NCBI GenBank assembly: GCA_036229005.1
Contig: JAZAMN010000064.1
Location: 1 to 64,000, forward strand
Direction of reading: 5' to 3'
Length of the DNA stretch: 64,000 nt
DNA from: Myxococcota bacterium
GTDB lineage: Bacteria > Myxococcota_A > UBA796 > CAJQPC01
The notes under the pieces are model-generated. The model was not told the origin of the DNA, did no database searches, and was given only the letters and a program-made list of their open reading frames with translations. The position numbers and the translations under genes are program-made. Of this stretch, positions 54,601 to 63,358 are shown piece by piece; positions within the stretch are counted from its first letter, which is position 1, and every line of letters begins with the position of its first letter.

Positions 54601-57600
54601 TACGCCCAGGTCTACGCCCGTGAGCAGAGCAGCCGCGTGCTCTCCGCCGAGCACACCGGCCTGCTGGAGCGCGAGCCCCGCACCCTGCTCGAGCAGCGCT
54701 TCCTGGCCTCGCCCGACCCCCAGGACCCTCTGGCGCCCAACCTGCTGGTGTGTACGCCCACGCTGGAGATGGGCGTGGACATCGGTGACCTCTCCGCCAC
54801 CCTGCTGTGCTCCGTGCCCCCCACGCCGGCCAACTACCTGCAGAGGGTGGGCCGCGCAGGTCGAAAGACGGGCAACGCCCTCATCTTCACCCTGGCGACC
54901 TTCAAGAACCACGACCTGTACTTCTTCGCCGAGCCCGAGCGCATGCTGGACGGTCAGGTCGCCACCCCCGGTGTGTTCCTGGGGGCGACCGCGATGCTCC
55001 AGCGCCAGCTCTCGGCCTGGTGCATGGACCGCTGGGCCCAAGACGACCCCGGCGCCGAAGCCATCCCCGCCAAGGCCAGCCTGGTGCTCAGCGAGCAGGG
55101 CGCGCAGGTCTTTCCGGGGCGCTTTCTGGACTACTTCAAGGAGCACCGGGAGCGCCTGCTGGCGGGCTTCCTGGAGCGCTTCTCCCAGACCGGCCTGCGC
55201 CCCCAGACCCAAGCGCTGCTGACGGCCTGGGTGCAGGATCAGGCCCACGGGCTGGAGCAGGCGATCCCCGGGGCGTTTGCGGAGCTGCAGGCGCAGATCA
55301 AGCAGTACGCCTACGAGCGCCAGAAGGCCAACGAGCGCATCAAGCAGATCGAGGCCGACCCCACCCTGGTGGGGGACGCCGCGCTGGAGATCAAGGAGCT
55401 CAACCGCCACCGGCTGGTGCTCTCCCAGCTCATCGGCGAGCTGCGCCGCACCTACCCCCTCAACGTGCTCGCCAACCGCTCCCTGCTTCCCAACTACGCT
55501 TTCCCAGAGGCTGGCGTGGAGCTGCACTCGCTGCTGGCCGAGAACCGTCAGGGGCCCGGCGACCAGACCGAGCGGCACTACGACAAGCGGAGCTACCAGC
55601 GGCCGGCCGCCCGCGCCCTGCGGGAGCTGGCGCCCTTCAACACCTTCTACGCCGACGGCCACAAGGTCCGCGTCACCGAGCTGGAGCTGGGCCCCAAGGC
55701 CAAGCTGGTGCGCTACCACCGCATCTGCCCCACCTGCCACCACCACAGCATCCAGCCGGTCAACCCCCAGGAGCCCTGCAAAGACCCGGGCTGCCCCAGG
55801 TGCGGAGACCCGCAGTGGGGGGACAAGGGCCAGGTGCGCGCGCTGCTCTCCCTGAGCACCGTGCGCTCGGTGGCCGACCGCGTGCTCAGCACCACGGTGG
55901 ACGACAGCGAAGAGCGGGAGCGCCAGTCCTACCACCTGATGGGTCTGTATCAGGTGCTGGAGACCGAAGGGCAGGCCCTGGTCCACCCGGAGCTGGGCTT
56001 TGGCTTCGAGTACGTGCGGGAGCTGCGCTACACCGAGCTCAACACCGGGCCGCGCACCGCCGTGGACGGGGGGCCCAAGCTGCGCTTGGCCGGCGAGGAG
56101 GTCTCGGCCCAGGGCTTCATGGTCTGCGCCGACTGCGGGGGCGTGCAGGAGCCCAGCAGCGGTGGGCGGGACCCCAAGCTGCGACACAACTTCCGCTGCC
56201 CGCAGCGGAACAAGGACAACAAGGCGCTGCTGCCCCTGTACCTGTCGCGGGAGCTGCGCTCGGAGGCCGTTCGCTTCCTGATGCCCTTCTCCCAGGTGCA
56301 GGTGGAGCAGAAGCAGCGCAGCTTCCAGGCCGCCCTGAACTTTGCCCTGCGCCGCCGCTTCCAGGGGCGCCCCATCCACCTGGGGGTGGGCACCATGTCC
56401 GAGCCCGTGCCGGGCAAGAAGGACCAGCGAAAGCACTTCTTGGTGCTGCTGGACACCGTGCCTGGGGGCACCGGCTACCTGCGCGAGTATCAGGACCGGG
56501 AGCAGGTCTTTGGGCTGCTCCAGCTCGCGCTGGACGGCCTGCGGGGCTGCGGCTGCCAGCAGCAGGGGCGGGACGGTTGCTACCTGTGCCTGTTCGCGCA
56601 CCAGGCCCAGCGGCACCTGCCCCTGCTCTCCAGCAAGGTCGCCCAGGACATGCTGCAGGAGATCCTGGACAGCAAGCACGAGTTCGACGGCGCCAGCGGG
56701 GGCCTGAGCGGCACCAACGTGTCCTCGGTCTTGGAGTCCGAGCTCGAAGAGCGCTTCGTGAGCTGGCTCCAGGCCCAGAGCGGTGTGGAGCTCACCCCCC
56801 AGGGCCAGGACTTCCGCCTCCAAATCGGGGAGTGTGTGTGGGTGATGAAGCCCCAGGTGGACCTGCACGCCGAGGCCGGTCAGCCCATGCGCGCGGACTT
56901 TGTGCTCTATGGGGCCCAGGGGCCCGCGCTGAATCAGGTGGTCGTGATCGAGTGCGACGGCTTCGAGTACCACGCCATGCCCGGCAAGCCCGACTGCAGG
57001 CTGGAGGGGGACGTGGAGAAGCGACAGTCCCTGGTCCAACGCCCGGGCTGGCAGGTGTTCTCCCTGACCTGGCAGGACCTCGTCGGCGAGGACACCCCGG
57101 CCTTTGCTCCGGAGGCGTTCATCGGGCGGCCCACCAAGACCCGGGAGAAGATGTTGGACCGGGTCGCGCCCAAGCTCCCGCACCTGAGCGTGGAGACCTT
57201 GCGCAAGCTCCCGGGGCTGGATGCAGGGGGGCTCCTGCTGGCGTGGCTGCGACAGCCCGTCCCGGACTGGTCGGGTGCGGTGAGCGGTCTGTGTCACGCT
57301 GCGCTGATCGGGGCGCTCAAGGGGCAGGGGAGCCTGGACGCCTTCTCGCTGGGCAAGCTGCAGGACCACCTGGAGGGGCAGCGGACACTGTCGCCGCTGC
57401 CGCCCCTGGGACACAACCGGAAGCCCAAGAACACCGAGCCGCTGGGGGTGTCCAGCGCGGATGCCTACTGTGCGGGGCTGGTCTGGCTCCCGGAGATGGC
57501 GCAGGCGGTGCAGCTCGGGGTCAGCAACTTGCGGCTGATCCTGCGGCTGGAGGACAGCCACCACGCCCGCCAACAGGCTGACTACCGGGAGAGCTGGCGG

Positions 57601-58071
57601 CGCTTCCTGATGGGCATGAACCTGCTTCAGTTCTTGCCTCAGACACAGGTGCTCCTGAGCTCCCAAATCGAGGAGCTCTCGGAGGACTCCATCGACATCC
57701 TGGCCGCCCTGGGCCTGGACGACGACGACGTGGTCGGCATGGCGGCCAGCGCGGAGGACCCGGGGTATCAAGCCGATCCTGCGGCGGTCTATGCGGACGC
57801 GCTGCTGCTCGAGGAGCCGGAGCAGGTTCTGATCCGCAAGCTCGCGGAGCTGGGCGTGACGCTGCCCGCGCTGGAGCCGCCGGACCTGCCCGAGGGCCTG
57901 CCCGCGGACTTGGTGTGGCCGGAGCACAAGCTGGCGCTGTGTCAGCCGGACGACCTGGAGCCCGGCGACCTGGACACGCTGCGCGCCGCAGGCTGGCAGC
58001 CATTGCTGCTGCCCCAGAGCCCTGAGACCATCAAGCGCGCCCTGGAGCGCGCCCGGAAGGAGTCGCAATGA
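51688..58071 (+). CDS. YprA-like DEAD/DEAH helicase with DUF1998 Zn domain and C-terminal restriction-endonuclease-like domain
   Basis: TGTGSGKTE, IYPMNAL, IDELH, TSAT, TPTLEMGVDIG, QRVGRAGR; DTVPGGTG...CGC...GCYLCL (DUF1998); ESELE...ADFVL...IECDGFEYH...GWQVFSLTW (DUF559/Vsr-like). Confidence 0.93.
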   Translation: MIPSVVARQLQDNLLDYVGATLALSDAAVDDALQAHLAGKNGLFAGPYLRLGLPFASAPADAPPVLDVGPPFVPYAHQRQAFEQLSSDQAQPRNTLITTGTGSGKTECFLYPILDHCQRHRDTPGVQAILIYPMNALATDQARRFAQAIHEDPRLHGLRVGLYVGGKGGTRKMGPEQVIEDKDVLRKHPPQILLTNYKMLDFMLLRPDERKLWSHNGPQTLRYLVIDELHTFDGAQGSDVACLIRRLKARLGTPPGHLICAGTSATIGGSADGDSVARLSEFAGLVFDADFHPSAVVGEQRVPRREFLRQATGPTPLPDRAQLAALHPGPDAEAWLSQQQQLWLGQVFDDPVALGDALRAHPLLDHLLALCAAHPRPLPKLAQRLHERMPELRAYRDDALGALLDSFLGLLAHARRKQGSKTLPLVTLQMQLWSRELTRLLRVLPNRQRPEQQPEIGESPGIDGLVPRFVWWTEQPNPDRSKPLAGVQAHCRECGAVGLACAETEADQQKGQLTWDPGAVGQHWMESSRAARFLWLRPLDHEQRVGELIHWLDPSGGVVMGVEPVDDQGQGTGVPVIVEKRLGNGGRFLAQCPCCESEDALRILGARAASLSSVVISQLFQSDYHHDPKLLAFTDSVQDASHRAGFFGARSFRIHLRVAMQAVLRAAQDRGETLTLESAPKAFLEHWKAEQGAAWTMAAFFPPDLRELPEFTTYVEKKGKGRHQRLWNILRARMGWEFTREFGLMASLGRSLERTGASTLAIDPQRLEQAQQRFEQWLAQDGLAGPKALPRAFVLGLLHRMRHQGGIHHPYLESYRRSLGNAFLLNRRKNPHISYFGRRTRRPRYVSSYAKGKRFASPFSRRSAAGWYGDWMNRCLDWGSPGPDDVARVYRQLLAHLVEAGILEQRDAEGGAETWGLRPDALHLSLELGRLRDGHRHQHLHAAETQVIAGGPVWRFRAPERFVSQKPQPGFYAQVYAREQSSRVLSAEHTGLLEREPRTLLEQRFLASPDPQDPLAPNLLVCTPTLEMGVDIGDLSATLLCSVPPTPANYLQRVGRAGRKTGNALIFTLATFKNHDLYFFAEPERMLDGQVATPGVFLGATAMLQRQLSAWCMDRWAQDDPGAEAIPAKASLVLSEQGAQVFPGRFLDYFKEHRERLLAGFLERFSQTGLRPQTQALLTAWVQDQAHGLEQAIPGAFAELQAQIKQYAYERQKANERIKQIEADPTLVGDAALEIKELNRHRLVLSQLIGELRRTYPLNVLANRSLLPNYAFPEAGVELHSLLAENRQGPGDQTERHYDKRSYQRPAARALRELAPFNTFYADGHKVRVTELELGPKAKLVRYHRICPTCHHHSIQPVNPQEPCKDPGCPRCGDPQWGDKGQVRALLSLSTVRSVADRVLSTTVDDSEERERQSYHLMGLYQVLETEGQALVHPELGFGFEYVRELRYTELNTGPRTAVDGGPKLRLAGEEVSAQGFMVCADCGGVQEPSSGGRDPKLRHNFRCPQRNKDNKALLPLYLSRELRSEAVRFLMPFSQVQVEQKQRSFQAALNFALRRRFQGRPIHLGVGTMSEPVPGKKDQRKHFLVLLDTVPGGTGYLREYQDREQVFGLLQLALDGLRGCGCQQQGRDGCYLCLFAHQAQRHLPLLSSKVAQDMLQEILDSKHEFDGASGGLSGTNVSSVLESELEERFVSWLQAQSGVELTPQGQDFRLQIGECVWVMKPQVDLHAEAGQPMRADFVLYGAQGPALNQVVVIECDGFEYHAMPGKPDCRLEGDVEKRQSLVQRPGWQVFSLTWQDLVGEDTPAFAPEAFIGRPTKTREKMLDRVAPKLPHLSVETLRKLPGLDAGGLLLAWLRQPVPDWSGAVSGLCHAALIGALKGQGSLDAFSLGKLQDHLEGQRTLSPLPPLGHNRKPKNTEPLGVSSADAYCAGLVWLPEMAQAVQLGVSNLRLILRLEDSHHARQQADYRESWRRFLMGMNLLQFLPQTQVLLSSQIEELSEDSIDILAALGLDDDDVVGMAASAEDPGYQADPAAVYADALLLEEPEQVLIRKLAELGVTLPALEPPDLPEGLPADLVWPEHKLALCQPDDLEPGDLDTLRAAGWQPLLLPQSPETIKRALERARKESQ

Positions 58072-60695
58072 GCGACAGCAACTTTGCCCCCTTGGACCGC
58101 CCCGCGCAGGAGCTCGCCGAGCTCGGCCGCTTGGCAGAGCGAGCCTTCGCCCAGGACCCCCGCGCGGCCATGTCGCACCTGCGCCTCTTTGGGGAGCGCA
58201 TGGCGCTGGCCCTGCTGGATGTGTATCGCCTGCCCATCTACGCCGAGTCGCAGGTGGACCGGCTGCGGCGGCTGCGTCAGCAGACCAGCATGGGGCCGCG
58301 GGTGCTGGACCAGCTCCACACCCTGCGTCAGGAGGGCAACAAGGCGGTGCACGCCTACGGTCGGGTGTCGCATTCTGAGGCCATGCGCATGCTGCGCGCG
58401 GCGCACGCGCTGACCCGCTGGTACTGGAAGGAGCACACCGCCAAGCAGCCGCCCAAGCCGGGGGAGTTCATCAAGCCCACGGCCAGCGGGGACCGCCGCC
58501 AGGCGGCCATCCTCAAGGCCCAGCTGGACGCTGAGCGCGTCCAGCGCAAGCGGCAGCATGAGCAGGTGCAGGACCTGCTGCGCATGCTGGACATGCCCCA
58601 GGTGGCCTTCTTCGCGGGGGTGCGGGACTGCTTTCAGGGCCTGGACGAGGACACCCAGGCCCAGATGGAGGTCTTCCTCAAGCTCTTCCGGGAGGAGCCC
58701 CTGCACGAGGACTGGCCCCTGGAGACGCCCCAGGGCATGGCGGACCCCAAGGTGCGCTTTGTGCGACAGCACGGGCTGGTGGTCACCGTGGTGGAGTCGC
58801 CCCGCGGGGAGCTGCTGGTGGTCGCCCACTTGGGCACCCAGGAGCAGGCCACCGAGTGGGCCAACGGCCGGCGCTTTCAGGTGCACCCCATCACCGGCAC
58901 GCTGCAGGTCTTTGACGTGCAGGAGGCTGAGCAGGCTGCCCCGCAGAGCGCCAAGGGCTCGCTGCTGCAGAGCTTTGACGACACCAGCCTGACCTCGCTT
59001 GGGCTACCGGCAGCGCTGCTGCCGGCCGTTCGCAGCCTGGACACGGTCGCAGAGCTGGATGGGTTGGCCCCCCACCTTCCGCCAGAGGCATCCGACGCGC
59101 TCTACCTGCTGGCCGCTGGATACACCTTGGAGGAGACCCGCGCGGAGCTGCAGGGCGCGCCGCCTGAGGCCGAGACCGCCGAGCCCGTCGAGATCGACGA
59201 GCAGGACTTCGCCGCGGCGGTGCATCACCCGGACTCCCAGCGCAGCTTCAAGCTGCCCGAGGACAGCGGCGATCTGGAGGCGGTGCTCAGTGGGAGCGTG
59301 GAGGCCTGGCGCCTGTACCTGCACCCCGATCAGCAGAAGCTGGTGCGCATGAACGCCAACGGCCCCGTCCGGGTGCTGGGTGGCGCGGGCACCGGCAAGA
59401 CCGTGGCGCTGATGCATCGGACCAAGGTGCTGCTGGAGGAGCGCTTTGTGCGACAGGAGCGCGTGCTGGTGACCACCTACACGCGGAACCTGGCCAGCGA
59501 TCTGGAGCACCACCTGCGACAGCTGCTGGAGCCTGCGGACCTGGCGCGCCTGGAGGTCGTCAACTTCCACGCGCTGAGCGCGCGGCTCTGGGCCGAGCAC
59601 GGCAACGGCAAGTCCATCGCGCGGCAGCGGCACCAGGACCAGGCCTGGGAGACGGCCATGACCCACGAGAGCTTGGGGCTGCCCATCAGCTTCTATCAGG
59701 ACGAGTTCGCACAGATCCTGCTGGGTCAGGACATCACCCAGGAGCGCGCGTACCTCAAGGCGCGGCGCACAGGACGGGGAGTCCCCCTGGGGAGGGCGCA
59801 GCGGCGACAGGCCTGGACTGTGTTTGAAGCCTACCGGCGCGACCTGGACGACCACGCACAGATCGAGCACGGAGACGCCCTGCGCATCCTGCGCGAGCGC
59901 TACGAATCGGGTGAGATCCAGGGCCCCTTCGCGGCCGCCCTCGCGGACGAGGTGCAGGACTTCGGGGCGCCGGAGCTGCGCTTTCTGCGGGCCTTCATCC
60001 CGGCGGGGCCGGACGATGTGTTCCTGGTCGGGGACGCGCACCAGCGCATCTACGGGAGCCCGGTGCGCATGGGCAAGTGTGGCATCGAGATCCGGGGCCG
60101 CTCGCGCCGGCTCAAGGTCAACTACCGCACCACCGCGCAGGTCAAGGACTGGGCCGTCGCCGCGCTCGAGGGCCTGGAGGTGGACGACATGGACGGCGGC
60201 CAGGACACCCTGCGGGGCTACCACTCGCTGCGCACCGGGCCGGCTCCGCGGGTCCTGATGCACGGCAACCGGGAGCAGGAGCTGGCCGCCATCCGGGATC
60301 AGGTGCGCCGCTGGATTCAGCAGGACGCCCCTGAGCACGTCTGTGTCGCCGCGCGCACCAACAAGCTGGCCAAGGACATCGCGGAGGATCTGGTGGCCTC
60401 CGAGATCCCCTGTGTGGTGCTGGAGACCGACGCCAGCGCGTCGGGGGAGGGGGTGCGCATCGCGACCTTCCACCGGCTCAAGGGGCTGGAGTTCCCGCGG
60501 GTCCTGCTGGCTGGCGTCGAGAGCGGGCTGATGCCCCTCCGCATCCGAGGCTTCTCGACGATGGACCAAGACAGCAAGACCCGCTGGGACCAGCGGGAGC
60601 GCTGCCTGCTCTACGTGGCCGCTACGCGCGCTCGGGACGAGCTGGTGGTGACCGGCAGCGGCGCGACCTCCGAGTTCCTGGGGGAGGGGAGCTGA
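58068..60695 (+). CDS. UvrD-like SF1 helicase with N-terminal DUF4145 (HEPN-like) and degenerate RelE-like domains
   Basis: SNFAPL...LGRLAERAF..DP...LRQEGNKAVH (HsdR-N/DUF4145 pattern); LHPDQ, GGAGTGKT, ADEVQD, GDAHQRIY, NYRTT, TFHRLKGLEF, LYVAATRAR. Confidence 0.9.
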   Translation: MSDSNFAPLDRPAQELAELGRLAERAFAQDPRAAMSHLRLFGERMALALLDVYRLPIYAESQVDRLRRLRQQTSMGPRVLDQLHTLRQEGNKAVHAYGRVSHSEAMRMLRAAHALTRWYWKEHTAKQPPKPGEFIKPTASGDRRQAAILKAQLDAERVQRKRQHEQVQDLLRMLDMPQVAFFAGVRDCFQGLDEDTQAQMEVFLKLFREEPLHEDWPLETPQGMADPKVRFVRQHGLVVTVVESPRGELLVVAHLGTQEQATEWANGRRFQVHPITGTLQVFDVQEAEQAAPQSAKGSLLQSFDDTSLTSLGLPAALLPAVRSLDTVAELDGLAPHLPPEASDALYLLAAGYTLEETRAELQGAPPEAETAEPVEIDEQDFAAAVHHPDSQRSFKLPEDSGDLEAVLSGSVEAWRLYLHPDQQKLVRMNANGPVRVLGGAGTGKTVALMHRTKVLLEERFVRQERVLVTTYTRNLASDLEHHLRQLLEPADLARLEVVNFHALSARLWAEHGNGKSIARQRHQDQAWETAMTHESLGLPISFYQDEFAQILLGQDITQERAYLKARRTGRGVPLGRAQRRQAWTVFEAYRRDLDDHAQIEHGDALRILRERYESGEIQGPFAAALADEVQDFGAPELRFLRAFIPAGPDDVFLVGDAHQRIYGSPVRMGKCGIEIRGRSRRLKVNYRTTAQVKDWAVAALEGLEVDDMDGGQDTLRGYHSLRTGPAPRVLMHGNREQELAAIRDQVRRWIQQDAPEHVCVAARTNKLAKDIAEDLVASEIPCVVLETDASASGEGVRIATFHRLKGLEFPRVLLAGVESGLMPLRIRGFSTMDQDSKTRWDQRERCLLYVAATRARDELVVTGSGATSEFLGEGS

Positions 60696-61321
60696 TGTGG
60701 GGACCGCTGCAGGCGCTGTCTCGGCGTCGGTCTGTGTTTCATTCCGAGGCGGACTTCCAGTTCGAGCTGGCCACCGAGCTGCGGGAGCTAGGGTGGACCG
60801 AGATCCGCCTGGAGCGCCCCGCGCCCGGGCAGTCGGGTCGCATCTACGTGGACATCGTTGCGCGGGACCCGGATGGCGTGCGCTGGGCCATCGAGCTCAA
60901 GTACTGGACCCGCAAGCTGGAGCTCACCCTGGGCGACGACGTATTCGAGCTGCGGGACCAGTCCGCTCATGACCTGAACCGGTACGCGTTCTGCAAGGAC
61001 CTGGCGCGGGTTCAGCGCTTGGTGGCAGAGGGTGTCGCGCAGCGGGGGCGGGTCATCGCGCTGACCAACGACTCGGCCTACTGGAAGCCCGGGCGCTCGG
61101 AGCAGTGCTTGGATGCGGCGTTCCGCATTCACGAGGGCCGCGAGCTGTCCGGTGTGCTGGACTGGACCCGTGAGAGCGGGACCACCAAGGGAAAGGGGCC
61201 CTTGGCGCTGTCGAGCCCGGTCGCGCTGGCTTGGGAGGACTTCTGTGAGCTGGATGGGAAGCGGGGGCGCTTCCGCTTGTTGGACGTGCGCATTCCAGAG
61301 AGTGCGCACCCGCCGGGGTGA
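60695..61321 (+). CDS. PD-(D/E)XK nuclease-family protein
   Basis: FHSEADFQ, YVDIV...AIELKY, KDLARV. TGATG coupling to the UvrD gene. Confidence 0.75.
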   Translation: MWGPLQALSRRRSVFHSEADFQFELATELRELGWTEIRLERPAPGQSGRIYVDIVARDPDGVRWAIELKYWTRKLELTLGDDVFELRDQSAHDLNRYAFCKDLARVQRLVAEGVAQRGRVIALTNDSAYWKPGRSEQCLDAAFRIHEGRELSGVLDWTRESGTTKGKGPLALSSPVALAWEDFCELDGKRGRFRLLDVRIPESAHPPG

Positions 61322-61338
61322 GCGGCTACAATTCCGCC

Positions 61339-62406
61339 ATGCTCCTCCCCCTGCTTTTCGCCTGCACCGCCCCCACCGAAGACACCGCCGCCAGCGAGCA
61401 CTACGACGCGCCGGACAGCGCGGGGAGCTTCACGGCGGTGAGCTATCAGTCCACCGTGACGGCGCGTGGCGGGGAGACGCTGCCGGTGCAGGTCTGGTAC
61501 CCCTCGCGGGAGGGTGACCTCGGGGATGTGGTCGAGTACGACGGGATCTGGACGGACCAGGCGCGCTCGCAGGGTGAGGCCGCCTGTGGGGTCCCCCGGC
61601 CGGTCATCCTCTTCTCCCACGGGAACGGGGGCGTGCGCTGGCAGTCGACCTTCTTCACGGAGATGGCGGCGGCCCACGGGTACATCGTGGTGGCGCCCGA
61701 CCACGTGGGGAACACGCTGACGGACATCGGCGATGTGGACCGCGACACGGTGGCGCTGCGGCGGCCCCACGACATCCAGGACGCCTATGAGTGGCTGCTC
61801 AGTGAGTCCTCGACGGTGGGATCGCGGCTGTATGGGTGTGCGCAGGAGTCCGATGGCTATGCGGTGGTGGGACACAGCTTTGGGGGCTTCACCAGCCTCT
61901 TCCTCTCCGGAGCTCAGATCGACACGGCGGCCCTGAGCAGCGCGTGCGAGACGGACGGCGGCGGCTGGCTCTGCGGGATCCCGGAGATCGCCCAGGAGGC
62001 GGTGGTCTCCCGCAAGGACGAGCGCATCTGGGCGGCGGTGCCGATGACGCCGGTGGGGGCGCAGACCTTCGGGGCGCAGCTCAGCGCGCAGGACACGCCG
62101 ATCCTGGTGCTGGGTGGGGAGCTGGACGACCTGACGACGATGGCCCAGCAGGTCACGCCGATCTACGAGGGGGTGGGGGGCAGCCCGGCCTACCTGGCGA
62201 CGCTGGAGGGCGCGGGCCACTACTCCTTCTCGGTGATGTGCTCGCTGGTGCCGAGCTTCAACGGCTGCGGCGAGGGCTTCCTGGACCACGAGACGACGAT
62301 CCGGGTGACCAACGAGCTGACCCTGGGCTTCTTGGGCGAGCAGCGGGGCTACGAGGCCTCGGCGTTCCTGCCCACCGAGGGCCCCGTGGAGTGGACCGCG
62401 CGCTGA
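61339..62406 (+). CDS. Alpha/beta hydrolase lipoprotein (PAF-acetylhydrolase/dienelactone hydrolase-like)
   Basis: MLLPLLFAC; VWYP, LFSHGNGG, APDHVGN, RPHD, GHSFGG, GELD, GHYSF. Confidence 0.85.
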   Translation: MLLPLLFACTAPTEDTAASEHYDAPDSAGSFTAVSYQSTVTARGGETLPVQVWYPSREGDLGDVVEYDGIWTDQARSQGEAACGVPRPVILFSHGNGGVRWQSTFFTEMAAAHGYIVVAPDHVGNTLTDIGDVDRDTVALRRPHDIQDAYEWLLSESSTVGSRLYGCAQESDGYAVVGHSFGGFTSLFLSGAQIDTAALSSACETDGGGWLCGIPEIAQEAVVSRKDERIWAAVPMTPVGAQTFGAQLSAQDTPILVLGGELDDLTTMAQQVTPIYEGVGGSPAYLATLEGAGHYSFSVMCSLVPSFNGCGEGFLDHETTIRVTNELTLGFLGEQRGYEASAFLPTEGPVEWTAR

Positions 62407-62433
62407 ACGCACGCGGAGCCTGGGGGGCGCCCG

Positions 62434-63240
62434 TCAGTACATGAGCTTGCGCTGCTTCTGGACCTCGTTGGAGAACCAGGGGCCGGAGCTGACGGGGGCG
62501 AAGTCCTGCTGGATGGCCTCTTCGGCGGGCATGTCCTCGATGTAGCCCATGGACCGGAGTCCGTAGTCGACCGCCCAGTCCTGGCGCTCGATGGACTGCA
62601 GGACCTCCAGGGGGACGACGACCTGCTCGGGGCCCATGGACAGGGCGAGGGTCATGGAGTCGTCGGCCAGCGGGCCCTGGAGCACGGTGCCGGAGTCCAG
62701 CTCGATGCGCCAGTCGCCGGTGGGATCGCCGCTGATGGGGGTCATGGACGCGCACTCGGTCAGGAAGGGCGCGAAGGTGCCCAGAGTGCTGTCGATGCGG
62801 ATGCGGGTGGTGCGGGGGTCGACCAGGAAGTCGTCGCCGTGGGTGGTCTGGACGCGGACGACCTCGTGCTCGGGCCAGGCCTGGGGGCCCTGGGTCTGCA
62901 CGCGCATGAGCTCCTGGGTGGGGAGCTCGACGCCGACGCGCTCACCGCCGACCTCGATGTTCAGGGCGAGCTCGGGGGAGCTCCACTTGCCGCGCAGCTC
63001 GCTGCCGTTGCGCAGCCAGACGGTGACGTGGCCGCTGCTGCCCGCCAGATCCCCGCCCTCTACCGGGGCGATCTCGCCGACGTCCTCCAGGGGGATCCGC
63101 AGGGTGCCCAGGCCGCCCTCCAGCTCCAGGGTGGGGGTCTGGATTGCGCCGACGACGACCTGGCCGTCTTCGAGGGTGGTGCGCAGCGGGAAGGCCTCCT
63201 TCTGGGAGAAGCAGGCGGTCAGGGCGAGCAGTAGGGTCAT
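62434..63240 (-). CDS. Hypothetical lipoprotein
   Basis: GGAG-N5-ATG, MTLLLALTAC; repeated LxxGxxxxG beta units. Confidence 0.65.
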   Translation of the reverse strand: MTLLLALTACFSQKEAFPLRTTLEDGQVVVGAIQTPTLELEGGLGTLRIPLEDVGEIAPVEGGDLAGSSGHVTVWLRNGSELRGKWSSPELALNIEVGGERVGVELPTQELMRVQTQGPQAWPEHEVVRVQTTHGDDFLVDPRTTRIRIDSTLGTFAPFLTECASMTPISGDPTGDWRIELDSGTVLQGPLADDSMTLALSMGPEQVVVPLEVLQSIERQDWAVDYGLRSMGYIEDMPAEEAIQQDFAPVSSGPWFSNEVQKQRKLMY

Positions 63241-63358
63241 GTTGGCTCCGGAGCTTCGCGGGGGGAACGTCGGAGCGGCGGGGGAGCTTACAGGTTCAAC
63301 CTTGATAGAGTTCGAGGGGCAGCGGATGGGCTGCCGGCTCGGGAATGGGGAGCGAACC

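Noticed and set aside
52510..58068. 1852-aa minus-strand ORF (and similar long antisense ORFs, e.g. 2490-5357, 46229-48313, 48407-50998)
   Set aside because: Shadow frames antisense to well-supported genes, expected in very high-GC DNA.
44240..60695. Canonical DISARM, BREX or type I R-M call
   Set aside because: No PLD DrmC or separate DrmB, no PglZ/BrxC, and no HsdS/HsdM/HsdR motor; only an HsdR-N-like domain is present.
40244..61338. Integrative element or prophage boundaries
   Set aside because: No integrase, transposase, tRNA or flanking direct repeat was recognised by eye.
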